Both the position numbers and the translations under genes were made by a program. 64,000 bases of DNA, from positions 873,788 through 937,787 of the forward strand of contig NC_092676.1 in NCBI RefSeq assembly GCF_964355755.1. Reading direction: 5' to 3'. The DNA comes from Antedon mediterranea. Its lineage: Eukaryota; Animalia; Echinodermata. Under the pieces are notes generated by a model. It did not search any database. It worked only from the letters and a program-made list of their open reading frames with translations, and had not been told where the DNA came from. Shown in pieces: positions 1 to 14,800 of the stretch (positions are counted from its first letter, which is position 1; each line of letters begins with the position of its first letter).

Positions 1-145
1 TTCTGGTTCGAATCTCTACGGGGTGTTGTGTACTTATACGTTTCCTGAGCTAGGCTAGACCAGAATTGTTCTGAAGCGATTAGAACTCGTTAGCCGTCCC
101 AACAGGGACGCTTTTAAGCCGAATACTAATCCCGTGGCTCCAGCC
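1..145 (+). repeat. Possible tRNA-derived SINE fragment, cut by the window edge
   Basis: B-box-like GGTTCGAATC at 5-14 followed by a GC-richer tract; the 5' part lies outside the window. Confidence 0.25.
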
Positions 146-801
146 ATATATTTAGAAAGTATATTTCTAGTTAAGTATGAACAAGTAGGATATATGAGTG
201 TTGGTTTAATAAGTTTAATCATCAATTATTATTCTTTCTCAATGCGTAGGTACAACGTGCTGAGAGAAATTATATACTAATGTAGGCCTTAATAACATTA
301 CAATAATTATTTCTCAATAGTAATCTGCAATGCGATTTTGACTGCTCATGCGTATCCGTCAAAAGTCAATGTCTTCATTACGATTAAATACGCACTTTTC
401 GCGCTTCATTGCACGTACTCTGTGGCGTTCCATACATTTTCTTATTAATTTAAATTACAAAATATTTATAGTAGGTCTATTTCTATGCAATCATATCTAT
501 TATAAATGTTTATCATCATAACAGACATAAACCAGTTTCAACCTTTTGAAGTATCGTCTTTAGGGAACAAACTTAATATCTTAAGTCCTGGTATTCCAAA
601 TAGGTATATGGAAAATTAATTTAGTACCCTTCAAGAAAGATCAAAGAAAACGCCAGTGCATCCGATACTTCATAGATAGAATAACACATCTCACTTCACC
701 GTAAAGAAGGCATATATCAATAGAGTAAACATGTGTGGAGAGTCTCTCTTGAATTCATTCACTAATTCTATATAAACCAAGCGTAGAATCTTCAAGGATT
801 C

Positions 802-958
802 TAAAGCTCTGTCTACACTCTTAAACTTTATGTAATGTGTCCATATATGGACATGGTGATGTCATATCACTACCATATTTGAGCATATCATCACTGTCAT
901 ATTTGGGCACATCACACTTGTTTTGTCAAACTAGTTTGATAGTGTAGACAAGGCTTTA
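802..958. mobile_element. PIF/Harbinger-type MITE, family B
   Basis: Imperfect TIRs AGCTCTGTCTACACT...AGTGTAGACAAGGCT flanked by TAA/TTA; related copy at 37473-37574. Confidence 0.75.
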
Positions 959-2532
959 AACTGGTTGCACGATCAGTGTACAATTCATAGTTGATATCAA
1001 TTTAATGTATAGTACGTCAAGATCGTCATAAGTCTCATTAAAAATTAGAAATGCAGAATAAAAAAAAAGGTAGAGCTCAAATGGACATCTTTATTGTGGA
1101 AACGAAACACAGAGGGAAGTCTAAAAAACAAGTTAGATGAAAACTGTTTTAAGAGACCACAAATAAAAACATAAATTGGAAAAGAGCAGAACAGATGACA
1201 GAATCCGGGATGAAAAGGATAAAAACTACAATAAAATAATATTGTTAATCTATAAAAGATATGTTATAACTTTCTATATTCGACAACTTATGTTGAACCA
1301 TTTGACATAAAGTTAAAAGTATGTCCAGAGTTGAATTCATATACGTAGTAATATTATTTAAACGTGAAGTTATTGATGTTTGCTGCTCGTATTACTACAC
1401 TTTTTTTAACAGTTTAGTATATGCATAAAATGTAATTAAACACACAGACGATATTGCCATATTTTAATAATATTTTGAACAAATGGAAATAATACATAAT
1501 ATTTCTAGGCGAGACATCATTGCGTAAAATGTCTGGACAGTGAACCTACCCGCCTTCCTTCGGGAACAACTAATGTAATATCCGATAGATGTTACAAGGG
1601 GCTCACGGGCCTAGACTGATATTACAAGTTTACAACATTAAGGCCTCATCTATTTAAAGTGTAAATTAATCAATCATTTCATGGCAGACATACTTAATAC
1701 TTTTGTTTACATGTTGTATGACTTTTCTTTTTTTTTTATTGTAATGCGTAATAACGAATCGCGTTTTAAGAATGTGCGTCGCTAAGCAAAAGAGATGTTC
1801 AAATCATGTTACCGCTACAGCGTAAAGTCTGTCTCACTCATGATAAGTGTGAATTGTATATTTTGATTTTACTAATACAATAAATATGCAATACATGCTG
1901 ATTATTCAAAACTTATTATTTAATAATTAACTATTTCTATATCTTAATGATTGTCCTCGTCCTCGTTGTTCGTCTATTTTAATTACTCACATATTTTCAA
2001 TATAACGTATTGTATACTATTATTTATATTTATCAAAAAAATTACGAATGTATGTTCGATGGGAGCGACTACTAATATAGGACTAGGGTTATAAACCCAT
2101 TAATTGCTTGAATTTCTGATGTACGGAAGTAACAAATATGTTACTATGAGTTATTTTCAAATTAAGTTTCTCAGTCGATACGCAAGTCAATTATTAATTA
2201 CAGGATATCCGCTTTGTCTTCGACTTATTATTAGTCCCTATTAACCTATTTTTCATAAAGTTATCAGTTCAACATTTACAAAAACCTTAAATATGTCAGA
2301 CTTATCATAAGCATGCACATATTGAAGTAATCAGTTTAATAAATAGAAATGTAACTCGAGGAATTTATTATTACTGTATATATAATAATCCATTGTTCGT
2401 TTAATAAACTTTATACAACATCTCGTCATAATGTTATATTGCACTGTAGCACACATGGATATTAGGTTTGTAAGCACAAAGTAAAAGACACAGGGATTAT
2501 ATTAAGCGCGTGTGTCGCGTGGTTTAAACTTC

Positions 2533-2685
2533 CTGGTTTCCACTTAGACGCAACGAAAAGGCCTACGCGCAACGCAAGTTAATTGACCAATCGCAAGCGA
2601 CAATTTGGATGATCCAGCTCATCGTTATTGGTCAAATTACTTGCGTTTCGCGTACATCATTGCGCTGCGTCCAAGTGGGAGTTTT
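2533..2685. mobile_element. Palindromic MITE family A (Harbinger-like)
   Basis: TTCCCACTTAGACGCAACG...TTGACCAATC...ATTGGTCAA...GCGTCCAAGTGGGA; resembles the full copy at 35660-35845. Confidence 0.7.
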
Positions 2686-3611
2686 ATGGTACATTGTTTG
2701 GATTACGGTACACATAGATATGATTCGAACATTTTAACTTCCTCGTGTTCTAATTGTTTTAGCAACGTCATACAAAGTTTATTTTGTTTAATCATGCTTT
2801 ATCAACGTGTAAGCTATGTTAACACTGTTTCAATTAATTATTTCCATTTTTGTTAAAGTTCATCGATAAGTTGAGTGCCTCTGAATAATAAACGGAAATC
2901 ATACTAATGTTACGTACACGCATGGACAACTAATGGTGACTAAAAACATTAGAAATCACTAGAGCATAAAGTTGCTGAGGAACATGGGTACTGATATATT
3001 TATTTAGAATTAATTTCATAAAAAGTGTTGGGTTGGAAATTTGGAAGGAATCCAAACAAGTTACCATAAACAGAAAAAGCGAATGGAAAAGGTCTTATGC
3101 TTATGGGCCACATGACCCGAAGAGAAAGAAAAAGTTATTCACAAAGTTCAAATGTTTCAATTAATATAAAGACATAGATTTTTTATTTCAAAAAAATGAA
3201 AATAGATCGATCAAAAAGTCATTTGGAAAAGCGTGGAGATACATTTTAACAGAAAAAACACCAATGACATGATCTTCACCTGGTAAACACAATCATCATG
3301 TTGTTCAATAAAATGTCTTCATTAAGCAAGTTACTACAGGACATACAAGAATCAATTGTCAAGTAATGTCCGTTTCTCTATTTTGATGAACTTTGTTCTG
3401 ATTTACCAGTGAACCGTGTTGATTCGGGATTTTTACAAATCAATTTGTTCATATGGAGAAATTAGTTATTGTTGAATTGCAAACAGATACGATTATAATA
3501 GATTAGACGGATACAGCTTCACGTGATTAGAGAGGCGGTAGACAAACCCCAAATTAATGGATGTTAAACCATAATACATCCTCGTGATTAGAAAGATAAT
3601 TGAGATACAGA

Positions 3612-4440
3612 TTTGAGTTTGCAAAACTTAAGCAAACTCTGAGTTTAGCAAACTTGAGCAAACTCGGAGTTAGCAAACTCGGAGTTAACAAAACTTGAGC
3701 AAACTCGGAGTTAGCAAACTTAAGCAAACTCTGAGTTAGCAAACTTGAGCAAACTTGGGCAAACTCTGAGTTAGCAAACTTTGAGTTAGCAAACTTGAGC
3801 AAACGCTGAGTTAGCAAACTTGAGCAAACTCTGATCAAACTTGGGCAAACTCTGAATTAGGAAACTTGAGCAAACTTTGAGTTAGCAAACTTAAGCAAAC
3901 TCTGAGTTAGCAAACTTAAGCAAACTCTGAGTTTGCAAACTTAAGTAAACTCTAAGTTAGTAAAGGTAAGCAAACTCTGAGTTTGCAAACTTGAGCAAAC
4001 TCTGAGTTTGCAAACTTGAGCAAACTTTGAGTTAGCAAACTTTGAGTTAGCAAACTTTGAGTTAGCAAACTTTGAGTTAGCAAACTTTGAGTTAGCAAAC
4101 TTTGAGTTAGCAAACTTTGAGTTAGCAAACTTTGGGTTAGCAAACTTTGAGTTAGCAAACTTTGAGTTAGCAAACTTTGAGTTAGCAAACTTTGAGTTAG
4201 CAAACTTTGAGTTAGCAAACTTTGAGTTAGCAAACTTTGAGTTAGCAAACTTTGAGTTGGTAAACTTGAGCAAACTTGAGTTAGCAAACTTAAGCAAACA
4301 CTGAGTTGGCAAACTTGAGCAAACTCTGAGTTAGCAAACTTAAGCAAAATCTTAATTAGCAAACTTGAGCAAACTCTTAATTAGCAAACTCGAGCAAACT
4401 CTTAAATGAGAAAACTTGAGCAAACTCTGAGTTTGCAAAC
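3612..4440. repeat. Minisatellite: 15-bp unit TTGAGTTAGCAAACT plus a 10-bp subunit TGAGCAAACT
   Basis: Directly visible tandem array; homogeneous 15-mer core at ~4025-4260; explains the FANSK/LLTQS repeat ORFs. Confidence 0.95.
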
Positions 4441-4911
4441 AAAAAGTTTACAGTGTACAAAAGGCTTCAACATTTTTCATCTTGTCACGTGTCAAAATAA
4501 CCTATTTCTGAGTTTTATTTGCAGGTTGGTTTAAATTGATTATGTTATAGTTTATTATTACGTCCCCTTATTCTTATCAGAGACTGAAATAAGCTGGCCT
4601 GCGAGATAGTTTAGGAATAGGAAACACGAAGGTCTTATAATTGGTAACAGGCCACACTCTATCGACCGTTTTTTAATTTAGGTTTTTGGTTGATAAAAAA
4701 ACAAGCAACACTTCACTCGCAGTGTTTCTGTGTTAATGACGGACGTGAAATGTTATTATATTAAAATGAACTTTAGATCAAATTAATATTATGCAATAAT
4801 GCGTGAGTATTCAGCACAAACAGGATCTTTAAAATGTGAAAAGTTTAGTAACGCAAAGGGTATATGGATATTTGAGAATACTGTATGACAATAATACACA
4901 TTGGGGCTTAT

Positions 4912-5026
4912 AAGCTTAATTCCCACTTGGACGCAACAATCAACGTATACGCAATAACCAATGTGACCAATCACAGGGGAACATTCTGATTGGTCAAATT
5001 ACCTGCGTAATTATTGCTTGGGAACT
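4912..5026. mobile_element. MITE family A, degenerate copy
   Basis: AAGCTTAATTCCCACTTGGACGCAAC...GACCAATCAC...ATTGGTCAA...TGGGAAC. Confidence 0.6.
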
Positions 5027-6250
5027 GTGAATTTTCCTACTGTAAAATCGCATATTCTCATATCAGATTTGCCTTCTTTAAAAACACGGTTTTACTGCAG
5101 GAAACCAAATTAATCGCAATTTAGAATATTATTGCAATACATTAAACAGAGTAGTGTAATTTAGATACCACCTTTTTGTGGCGATGAATCACCTTAGATT
5201 GGACTTAATTTAACGGATATTTAAGGGATAGGGCTGAACACGTTAGCTTACCTCATTTAATATTTCCTAAATTGTTCTAATTCAGTTGCTTAATAAACTT
5301 GTTTGGTGATAAAGGAAATGTGATTTCCTGTTGTACCCGTAGATAAACGTATCACAGTTCATACATAGTAAGTGTTGCAGTAAATGACTATTTAAATGAC
5401 TATTGTGCATGCAAAAATATGAATATGACCAGAAAAACATATACAATACTATAATTGTAAGTAAGTGGGTAAGTTTTATTTATTGCTTTCTAAGACAATT
5501 TATAAAACAGCATAAAATATGAATGAAAATAAATACATAAAATAATACAAACATTAACAAAGGGTCTCTCCGTATATGTACTTACTTAGTTACCCACACA
5601 TTATGTTATGACTAAACAATATAATATTATTATATTTGAATGCTGCTTTTTCCTGGATAAATTTAAAAATAAAGACACGTATGTTCAATAGAACATGAAC
5701 CGGTGATTCTCTCATACTTTGACAAACATGCGAATATCCCTATAAATCGGAGGTAGACCAGTAATACGGAATAAACATGTTTCCAAAATGAGTTAAACAG
5801 TAAGAAAACAGAACCCAGTCAGTTTTAATTATATTATTATGTTCACAGACTATTTTTTAAAATTTCCCCCCCCCCCCCCCGTTTTTATCTGCTTTTTTAA
5901 AAGTCTTGAGTAAAATAGATTACTAGACTTCATGTTATTGAACTTGTTTTAGTCGTTAGCACAATTAGCTTTTAACTGTCTTAATTGAATAATCGTGTGT
6001 GGCATCCGAAGGGAGTTGAGATATAAGTACACCTACCTAGAGGATGCATGATACTCGAGTGTCACCGTTTTATATCAGACGGTCGAGGTAATGAAGTGAA
6101 ATACATGAAGGGTGGGTTATTTTGTATTTTCATTGTTCCTGTGTTATTATATGTAACGTGATAGGCTATGGTATGAACGTTAAATGACCCTTCATTTTCA
6201 CAACGCGCGCTCATGAGTTTCTGCGCGCGGAATGACGTTTCAAAATACAG

Positions 6251-6393
6251 TTTGGCTCCCACTCTAAGACGTAAGCGCAGCTTAAGTAATTTAACCAATC
6301 ACAATCGATTGATTATCCAAACGGTCGTTTGTGATTTGTTGACACACCTGCATTGCGTTTACGTCATTGCGCTTCGTCCTAGTGGGAACCAAG
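6251..6393. mobile_element. MITE family A copy
   Basis: TTGGCTCCCACT...AACCAATCACAA...CCTAGTGGGAACCAAG inverted termini. Confidence 0.7.
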
Positions 6394-9300
6394 ATACGGA
6401 ACATTGTGGTTTAGTTAGGCTTACTGGTACACTAATACGGATATTTAATTGCGTTTAAAAGCATACATTTTTACTGTGGTAATAAATGTAAGTCTAATAT
6501 CATAATAATTCACATGTGCGGAAAACGAGGATTTAAAAAAATAGATTTAAATGATCCCCGAGGGGTAAATATACATTTACAAGTTGAAATCAATCCAACC
6601 AAGTCAAGGTCTTCTTGAATTTTAATCCACCTAATAAACATAATTATGTACGTGAACTTCTAGCGAAGAATATTACGTTGTTTTTGTGGGGTTTTTTTTG
6701 GATGTGGAAATCAGTCTCCGTTTTAAAAATCGTCATGAATTTGCTTTATTTCCTTTTACTTTGCATTGAGAAGATTGAATTTTGGTTAAATGTTACATAT
6801 TGACATTCATCTTCAATGTACTATGTATAAATATGGTATGTTGGTTTCATTAACATTTTACTACCATCTTGACATTATACAAAACTCTATACAAAACATA
6901 ATGAAGAATAAAAAAATATAACTTTGATTACCAGCCGATATATACTGTATCTAATTCCAAAGTATCATCGGCAAATATTTGGTAATAACATCACATGCAT
7001 TCACATCTAGTAGAAACTTAACCCTCATATGATACAGGCACCACATGACTGTGATGCTGTATTACCAACGTTTATTATTTGATACTTCAGAAATAGATAG
7101 TATGTGGAGATACAGCACTGGGAATCGGCTGCAATAAATAATATAGAATTAACTATATTCTGTAAGTAAAGTTTAATAGTGATTTTGGATTTAATTGGAT
7201 TGAACATACCTAAATATCACAGCAGGTATTTTAGAAGTTGAACGTCGAAAATATTCTGTAAGAAACAGGAAGCTGAACTGACTAAGATCAGCAGAGCTTC
7301 TAAATCAACACTCACTCACTCATACAGAAAGTTCTATAACCTTTTGCCATATTTTTTTTTGTCGTAGACGATGATTTAAATTATATTAAGAAAACGAAAC
7401 ATGCAGACGGTAGATTTGAGGAGCCAAAGAGATCAGTCCTGTAGACGTTACACTACCGTTAATTCTACAAGAGAAACAGTTTTGTTTCGCTTCAGTTCAC
7501 TAGATTGATGACATAATGTTGGTTGGGTGATAGAGATGTGAAAAGAACATTTTCCAGATTGTTAGTGTATGGAATTAGTGAATGTAAGAGTAGTCTGCAG
7601 AAAGACATAGTCCACGTGATCTTAGACAGATGCGCAATACTATTACATCATGATGCCAAGAAAGTGTTGACGAACATTATCCACAACCAATTTAAAGTCT
7701 CTAAAGCATGAGATTAAATATTTAAATGTTAATAATAAATTGCATTAAACAGCATTGTATACCATTGGTGTTGTTATTAATTTGATTCCTATAGAATACA
7801 CACACATTGCATATTTTTTTTAGAAATTAGATAGATCCAATCATATATATGTTATAGTATGATCTAATCTAAACTGACTAAAACAAAAATGAATGAAACG
7901 GAATATGGAGAATTAAATTAAATTAATTCTAAAATAAATGCATATGAATATGTCATGATTTAAGAAGTTTTGTCTGAATAAGGTATCTATGACTAAAGTC
8001 AGAATAGTGTGTAATGAATTATGCGTACTGTTTAATGGTGCGTCATCTTCAATTCAAACATCATCAACATGGGAAAAAAATGAATTACGACAGTTATGTG
8101 AAAACGAAAATCATCATGTCTAACTACCTTCAAAATTATTTAGATTCAATCAACAGTTATGGAATGAATTTTGCTAATTCATGTTTAGTTTTAATTGATG
8201 CATGTCAACCGATTCAAGACATTTAGAAATAGATAAGTTTACGTCTCAAGGTCAAGGAAAGTTTAGTTGCAACTTTGCATTTTTAATTTCTTATCCTCGT
8301 CTTGTGTTAAAATCTTAGTATGCATACACATTTCTAAGTCTTCCAATGAGATATAGGCCCAAAACAACATTCTTCGTAAGTATAAATTATAACTTCAGAC
8401 AATAGCTGCAAACAAGGACTTAAACCTCCCTTTTTAAAATCGCGATTATCAAATAATAAGAAATACTAATGGAGTTTTGTTACAATATAATATGTAAACA
8501 AACACATTATTATCATTACACTAAAATGTTATCTTTATTAATATAGGGCATATTTTGGAAGGATGACTTTGTTTGGTTTCCAACACTTTATTTTACAGTA
8601 CCTAGATGTTCCCTTAAGGACTTCCTGCGTTGCGATTACACAACAAGGTATAGCAGTCCCAATGGCTATCAAAACGAATCAAGAAATTACCAACAGAATA
8701 AAATAGAAATGAAATAGGGATTATTTAATAATGTAAATCTTGTACCTTAATAGAATTTAGACAATAGAAAAACTAGAACTGATAATAAACTCTTAAAATG
8801 TAAGTCATGTGTTCCAATCCCCAATACAACATATAAATACTAATTCTAATTGAATAATGAAAACCTTTGTGTGAATAATTTGTTTTACGAGTACTGCTTT
8901 TGAGCTAAAATCGACACAGATTACATTATTTTAACTCAAAACACATTTCAATTTTGCAATCTCATCTCATTCACCAATGTCACGGTTGTCTCCAATGATA
9001 TATATTTACTTTTTCTTTAAATTTACTTTAATAAATTACTAGTAATTATAGCTTTTGAACAAGACAATGATACCCAAACTATCATAAAAATAAGAAAATC
9101 TTTGAACCATTTGGCAGACATGACTAAGCAACTTCTAATTCCATACACAATATTTTGATATGTTTGAAATGCTCATTTATGACCTAAATATGTCATAAGG
9201 CAACTAAATATAACTTATAACAGCAAATTGTGGATTAATCATTGCAAGAACACTAAGTAATGTGTGTAAAGTCATTTATGTTATAGAAAATTACGAAAGA

Positions 9301-11885
9301 TACACGCTCCGGGCCGATTTTACCATTCCGGTCTATTTGATACCCAATGGGTATGCAAAACTTTGTATAACAAACAAACGTATACAAACGATATCTGTGT
9401 GCAGATGAAATAACAATAATATTTTGGAAATCATCTCGTTTGGATCCTAATATTTTAGAAGAGAATTTTTCCTTTTTTGTTGATCTAATCCAATATCTAC
9501 TTGAGAAAGAAAATTAAATGTTTGCAAAACGTCGTTGTAATTACAATTTTTAGTACTATCTATTGGATCAACAACAACCACAATTATCTTCTATAATAAT
9601 AGTTTTAATATTTAATATTACAGTGTTTCAACAACGCAATTCATAGTGTATCATTCATGATAGGTTTTTCGTTTGTCAGTCACAACAACTAATTGTAGTT
9701 GTAATACTTCCTATTTGTACCTCACGACCGACCATCAACCCTGTATTAAACACAGACTGCAATCTGACTTCTTCAGAAGCAAAATATGTAATTAATTTAC
9801 TTCAGACGTGTGCTCATGACTAATACATGGCCTACATTCGTATTATTATCCTTATACAACTGTATTTGTTTGGATAATGGTATCAATTATATAAATATTA
9901 AATAAAAGTACAATATTTGTGTTTTAAATTTATCATTATAAAAATTGTTTTGAATGTGTGCTTGTAGTAATTCAAATTTCAAGTTTACGCACCGTTATTT
10001 CATTTTACCAAGTTTAGCAACCTTATAGAGTTTTCTTTCAATCAAACTATTCTTATTGGTGGTTTCTTCAAAGAGAAAACAATGTACAAAAGTATCTCTT
10101 TATAAAACATTCCGACAATCAGCAATGATAAACAGAGACCAACATAGACTGAACAATTTCACAGATTAAAAAATATCAGGCTCAAATATAAAATGTTATC
10201 ATCTAAAAATCAATCTTAATTCACTTTTACTGTGAAAATAATTTTTAACAAATAATACCATTATGAATGATTGAATGAATAAAATAGATAATATTAATTA
10301 ATAGATTAAAACCACCTTACAATCACTATCTATACCTTGGTATGACTAATACTACATACCATTTAAAGATACATTCAAAATGTCTATTAACAAGACTATA
10401 TTATACCTGGACTTAATTGCAACTGAAACTAAAGGAAGTAAGCAGAATTGACTCAATAAATATCTGAAATTACTAGCAAACTTGTCCTTGATCAGTTAAA
10501 AGATTAAGACAGAAACCAACTTTCAACCACTTAACAACTTAAGCCTGAAATCAGCTTTCTCGACATTTCACTCGATTGGATGCAAGATATGTCTGAAGTG
10601 GTACTTTTACTTTTTCTTTACTTTGGTTCTACTTTTTCTGATGTCAATTCTAAATCCCAAGGCGACACAAATCGTGACCCGATGAAGGCAAGGTATATAT
10701 CAACTTGCCAGGCTATCGAATGGCTCGCTAGTAGTCATTATCATTAATTAAAGTACTGTATAAGCAATAAGCAACCATACACGGGTTTTTCTTTTCGAGT
10801 ATTATATAGAATGGAGAAATATTCAGCAATGAAACGTATTCAGAATTGGGTATAAAGGGGGGAACAGACACGTAATTAGTAAGACTTACCAATATAAGGT
10901 CTGTGTGTTTTCATAATGGAAATAATATGCAAGTACTTGAATGTATCCACAGTACCAGTAATAAACCAAGTGAATAAGCAATATACGGCTATAATCACTA
11001 TTTAGGGACACTTTGTTGAGTCCAAAATTTGTCCCTTAGCAGAGATTAAACGTTATTACATAATTAATATTAAATTTCTAAAGAAAGAAGTGAAATAAAG
11101 GTAAAGGTTTTATTTGTACAAAACAATGACGTTTAGCCGGCACGCGAACCTTCTTTTATTAATACCAGTAATATAATTCAATTAAACGGTACATCAACTC
11201 GAGTTTACCATGTACAAAAGTTATCATGGTGGTAATACAACAATATGTATGCCAACAATGTCTATACATTTGTATTGGTCGGTAATAATGTGACATCAGA
11301 CACGCATGCGCATATGTCTACACAGCGTATGTTTGTCTTGTCTGACGTGCATTTTAAAACATTACCAATAACAAAGACACCGAGTACGCATGCGTTTAGT
11401 GTATTCCGCGCCTATCTTTCGAATCGGATTTGTCGATTTCCCTAAAAGTTTCTAAAGAGGCGATGAAAACACTCTAAGGACAAGTACTTCTAGTCGGTGA
11501 ATTATAATAACTTTTTACGAGTTGGAATATTACATCAAAATGCATGGACTGAGCAACACATTGCGCATTTCCTACCTTATGTGCGGAAATTATAACTACT
11601 GAGATTAATTATATAGTTAGCTATTACTCTTAGTAACGGTTAAGGGGAGTGAATCGACTGGACGCTGTCTCTAAATGTTTTGAATAACAATGCCGAAGCA
11701 TAACTCTTCCTTGGCAACGAAATGGTTACTACCGTTAAAAAAGGAACAATTTGATTACAACCATAGGGAACAAGAGATTAAATCATTACGCGAATTGCTG
11801 TTACGTGATCAACAAACATTTTGACAATCAGTTGCTGTTACCGTATTGCTAATTGTGTTTTGCTGTAGGCCTACTATTTTTTAGA

Positions 11886-14800
11886 ATGCAGGCTTGGAAA
11901 ATTATTGTATGCCTGACTGCAGGTATGTGTTGTTATAGTACAGCTATTCAGTTTATTGCTGAACCATTTGATACGATCGTTAATTACGGTGAAACTGTTG
12001 TGTTAAGATGTGCCTTGAAGGACCAGGGAGACAAACCGTTATACTGGCAAAATACGGACACACAACAGTTTATTAGTATGGACCATGAAATCGATCCTTA
12101 TCGATCATTTGGCAATAAAACACGTGAACGATTATCGATCATAGGAGACTCACGATACGGTGAATATAATTTACGTATTGACAATGTTACCAATCTTGAT
12201 TCGGGTTCGTACGCATGTTTATATTTTGATGTTTTCGGATATTATTCAAGACCGGCTGAAATTAAAGTGGTCAACCCACCAATGAAGGACTATCCGATGT
12301 GCATGATGAGTCCCACTACCCCTGCCGCTATCGGTGATGAAGTTGACCTGCTCTGTGTCAGTTCTGGTGGTAAACCTGCGCCTATACTATCATGGACCAG
12401 CGGTGGTAACCTGGTCCCATCGGTGTATGTATCTGGAGGAATAGGTGGTGTTACAAGTAATAAATATTCATTAATACTTAACGAAGATGATAGAGGAAAG
12501 GTGTTTACCTGCGAGGCAAGCCATGAAGCGTTTGCTGTACCAAAAACATGCACAATAATACCTATTGGTTTTAACATTCCAGTTTATTTGCGACCGAAAG
12601 TTAAATATGCGACCGAGGGGCGAAGAGCTACATTTGCATGTTATACAGACAAATCTCTTGAGCCTACGTTTCATTGGTATATTGGAAATAAGCGTCTTAA
12701 TAGCAATGACCCACGGGTAACACCAACGAAAGATGGCGTATCAAAACTAAAGTTGAGAAATCTTAGAATAAGTGACAACGGAACGAACGTTTATTGCGTC
12801 ATCACAAACCGTTTTGGAGCAAAGAAAAACGACAGTTCTTTATTACTTGTATTCCCATCCTATTATTCTGGTGGTAAAGGCACAGGTAAGGTAAACCTCC
12901 CAGAAACAGAATCATTTCCACCAAAAGATAATGGTGACAATTTACAACCTACAGTATTAAACCCAACAACAAAAAATACGAAATTGATTACAACGAAAGA
13001 CAATAGTCTATCGCCCACGACAAGTACACCAGCTACTCCAGGAACAACAGAACATACAACAATGTTCGATAAACTTATGTCCGTCAAAGATACACACTTA
13101 AGTGGTAGAACTACAATGGGAACAAAGCATTTTGTTGAAAATACGAGAGAAACACCAAAGGACCATAACACATTTGAATGGAAACCAAACATGACAACAT
13201 CTAACAATTTGTCAAACCAAAATAACGATATCATTGAAAATTCAATTGAGTCAACACAATCCCCTCATGAAGATCTTGAGACGGATGTCACACATAGAGG
13301 ACAGCAAACAAATAATGTTTATACATTAGATATTATAACGGAAGACCCGAATGAAATATGGGAAGCAACTGTGATTGCATCGATGAAAAATTACGTGTTT
13401 ACAACAGACGCAAGTGATAACGTTAACCACTTGAAATCATCACAACGTCCAATGGCATCGGCACCACCAACGACTTCAACAACAACTGACTCTGATGGTT
13501 TCAATCTAGAAACTCCTAATCAGAACCAGCCATCATCTTCAACATCCATTCAAACTCCCAAAGCATCTGATGAACAAACCGTTTCTCTCAAAATGGTAAC
13601 TAATAAGAATGTGCCTACGCCCTCTAATATTGACAACTTTAGCACTGGAGTAACCAAAACAGCAGCTACATCTATGCTATCAACATCTGGTACAGCAGCA
13701 GTAATTGATTCAGAGTCATTATCTCCATCAGTTAGTTCTCATTCAATTGAAACAAAGGATATTATAAATGAGACAACAAATTCACCTCATACTACTTTGC
13801 CTATAACCTCACCAGCTTCAACAGAAAATTTTACAATTGGTCTACAAACGTTTGTGAAAGAAGACGTAGTTCCTGTAAAGTTAGTAAATACAAACAAATG
13901 GAAGGTTCTCTCATCCACAGCATCTTATAGAATAAATTCAACTACAGAAAATATCGAAATTGAAGCCCAGAACTTTAATTACACTACTCCAAAAACAGAA
14001 GGACAAGCTACGAACTCTCCAACCACGAAAAGTGATATGGTAACTAGGGACGGTTATACAGTTAGAGAAGATACAAATATGGCGACAACTGTAAGTATGG
14101 CTACAGAGAAAATGAATAATATGTCAGCATCTACATCCGGAAAACCCTATGTTAGTGATTCTCCATTTTCTATGACAAATTCATCAACTGAACAAACCAA
14201 AATTCGCATTTCTAAAATTTATCATAGGAGTGATAAAATGAAGGCAACTGATGTAGGAAATACGCCCAGTTATGACAATTATCAGACAGACGCAATGATG
14301 CAATCTGAAAAGAGTGTTTCCGAGAAACCATATTTGGAAAATGTTTCCGAGAAACCATATCTGGATGATATAACAGATTTGGTATATAATATGCAAGACG
14401 CCAAAACGTCAACACAAATCAAAATTACTGATGAATCAATTACGTCAACAATTTCAACAGAAGAAACAACAGAAAATATTGAGCACGCACCTAATGAAAT
14501 AGAAATGACCAGCATAGCATCTGGAACAAACAAGCAAATACTTACTACAGCAATCAGACAACCCACCCACGTGTCTACAAAGGAAACAGTCGTCGCAAAA
14601 CAAACTACGTCACAAATCGTTACAAATCCTGTAACAAAACTAATCAGAACAATTATGAAATCAACAGAAAGAATAACATCAAGCAACTTACAAAACACGG
14701 ATATAAAAACTATTTCTCCACTATGGAAAACAGAAACACTTGTTGATGATACTAAAGACACTACAACTGTTGCAACTCCAGAAACAAGTGGTACAAAACG

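Noticed and set aside
3554-4362. Repeat ORFs (FANSK)n and (LLTQS)n
   Set aside because: By-products of a 15-bp satellite without stops; no splice or start context.
5866-5880. Poly-C run
   Set aside because: Isolated homopolymer with no supporting context.
11853-11885. TTG start given by the ORF track for the first Ig gene
   Set aside because: This stretch is an intron 3' end (poly-T then AG); ATG 11886 gives a clean signal peptide.
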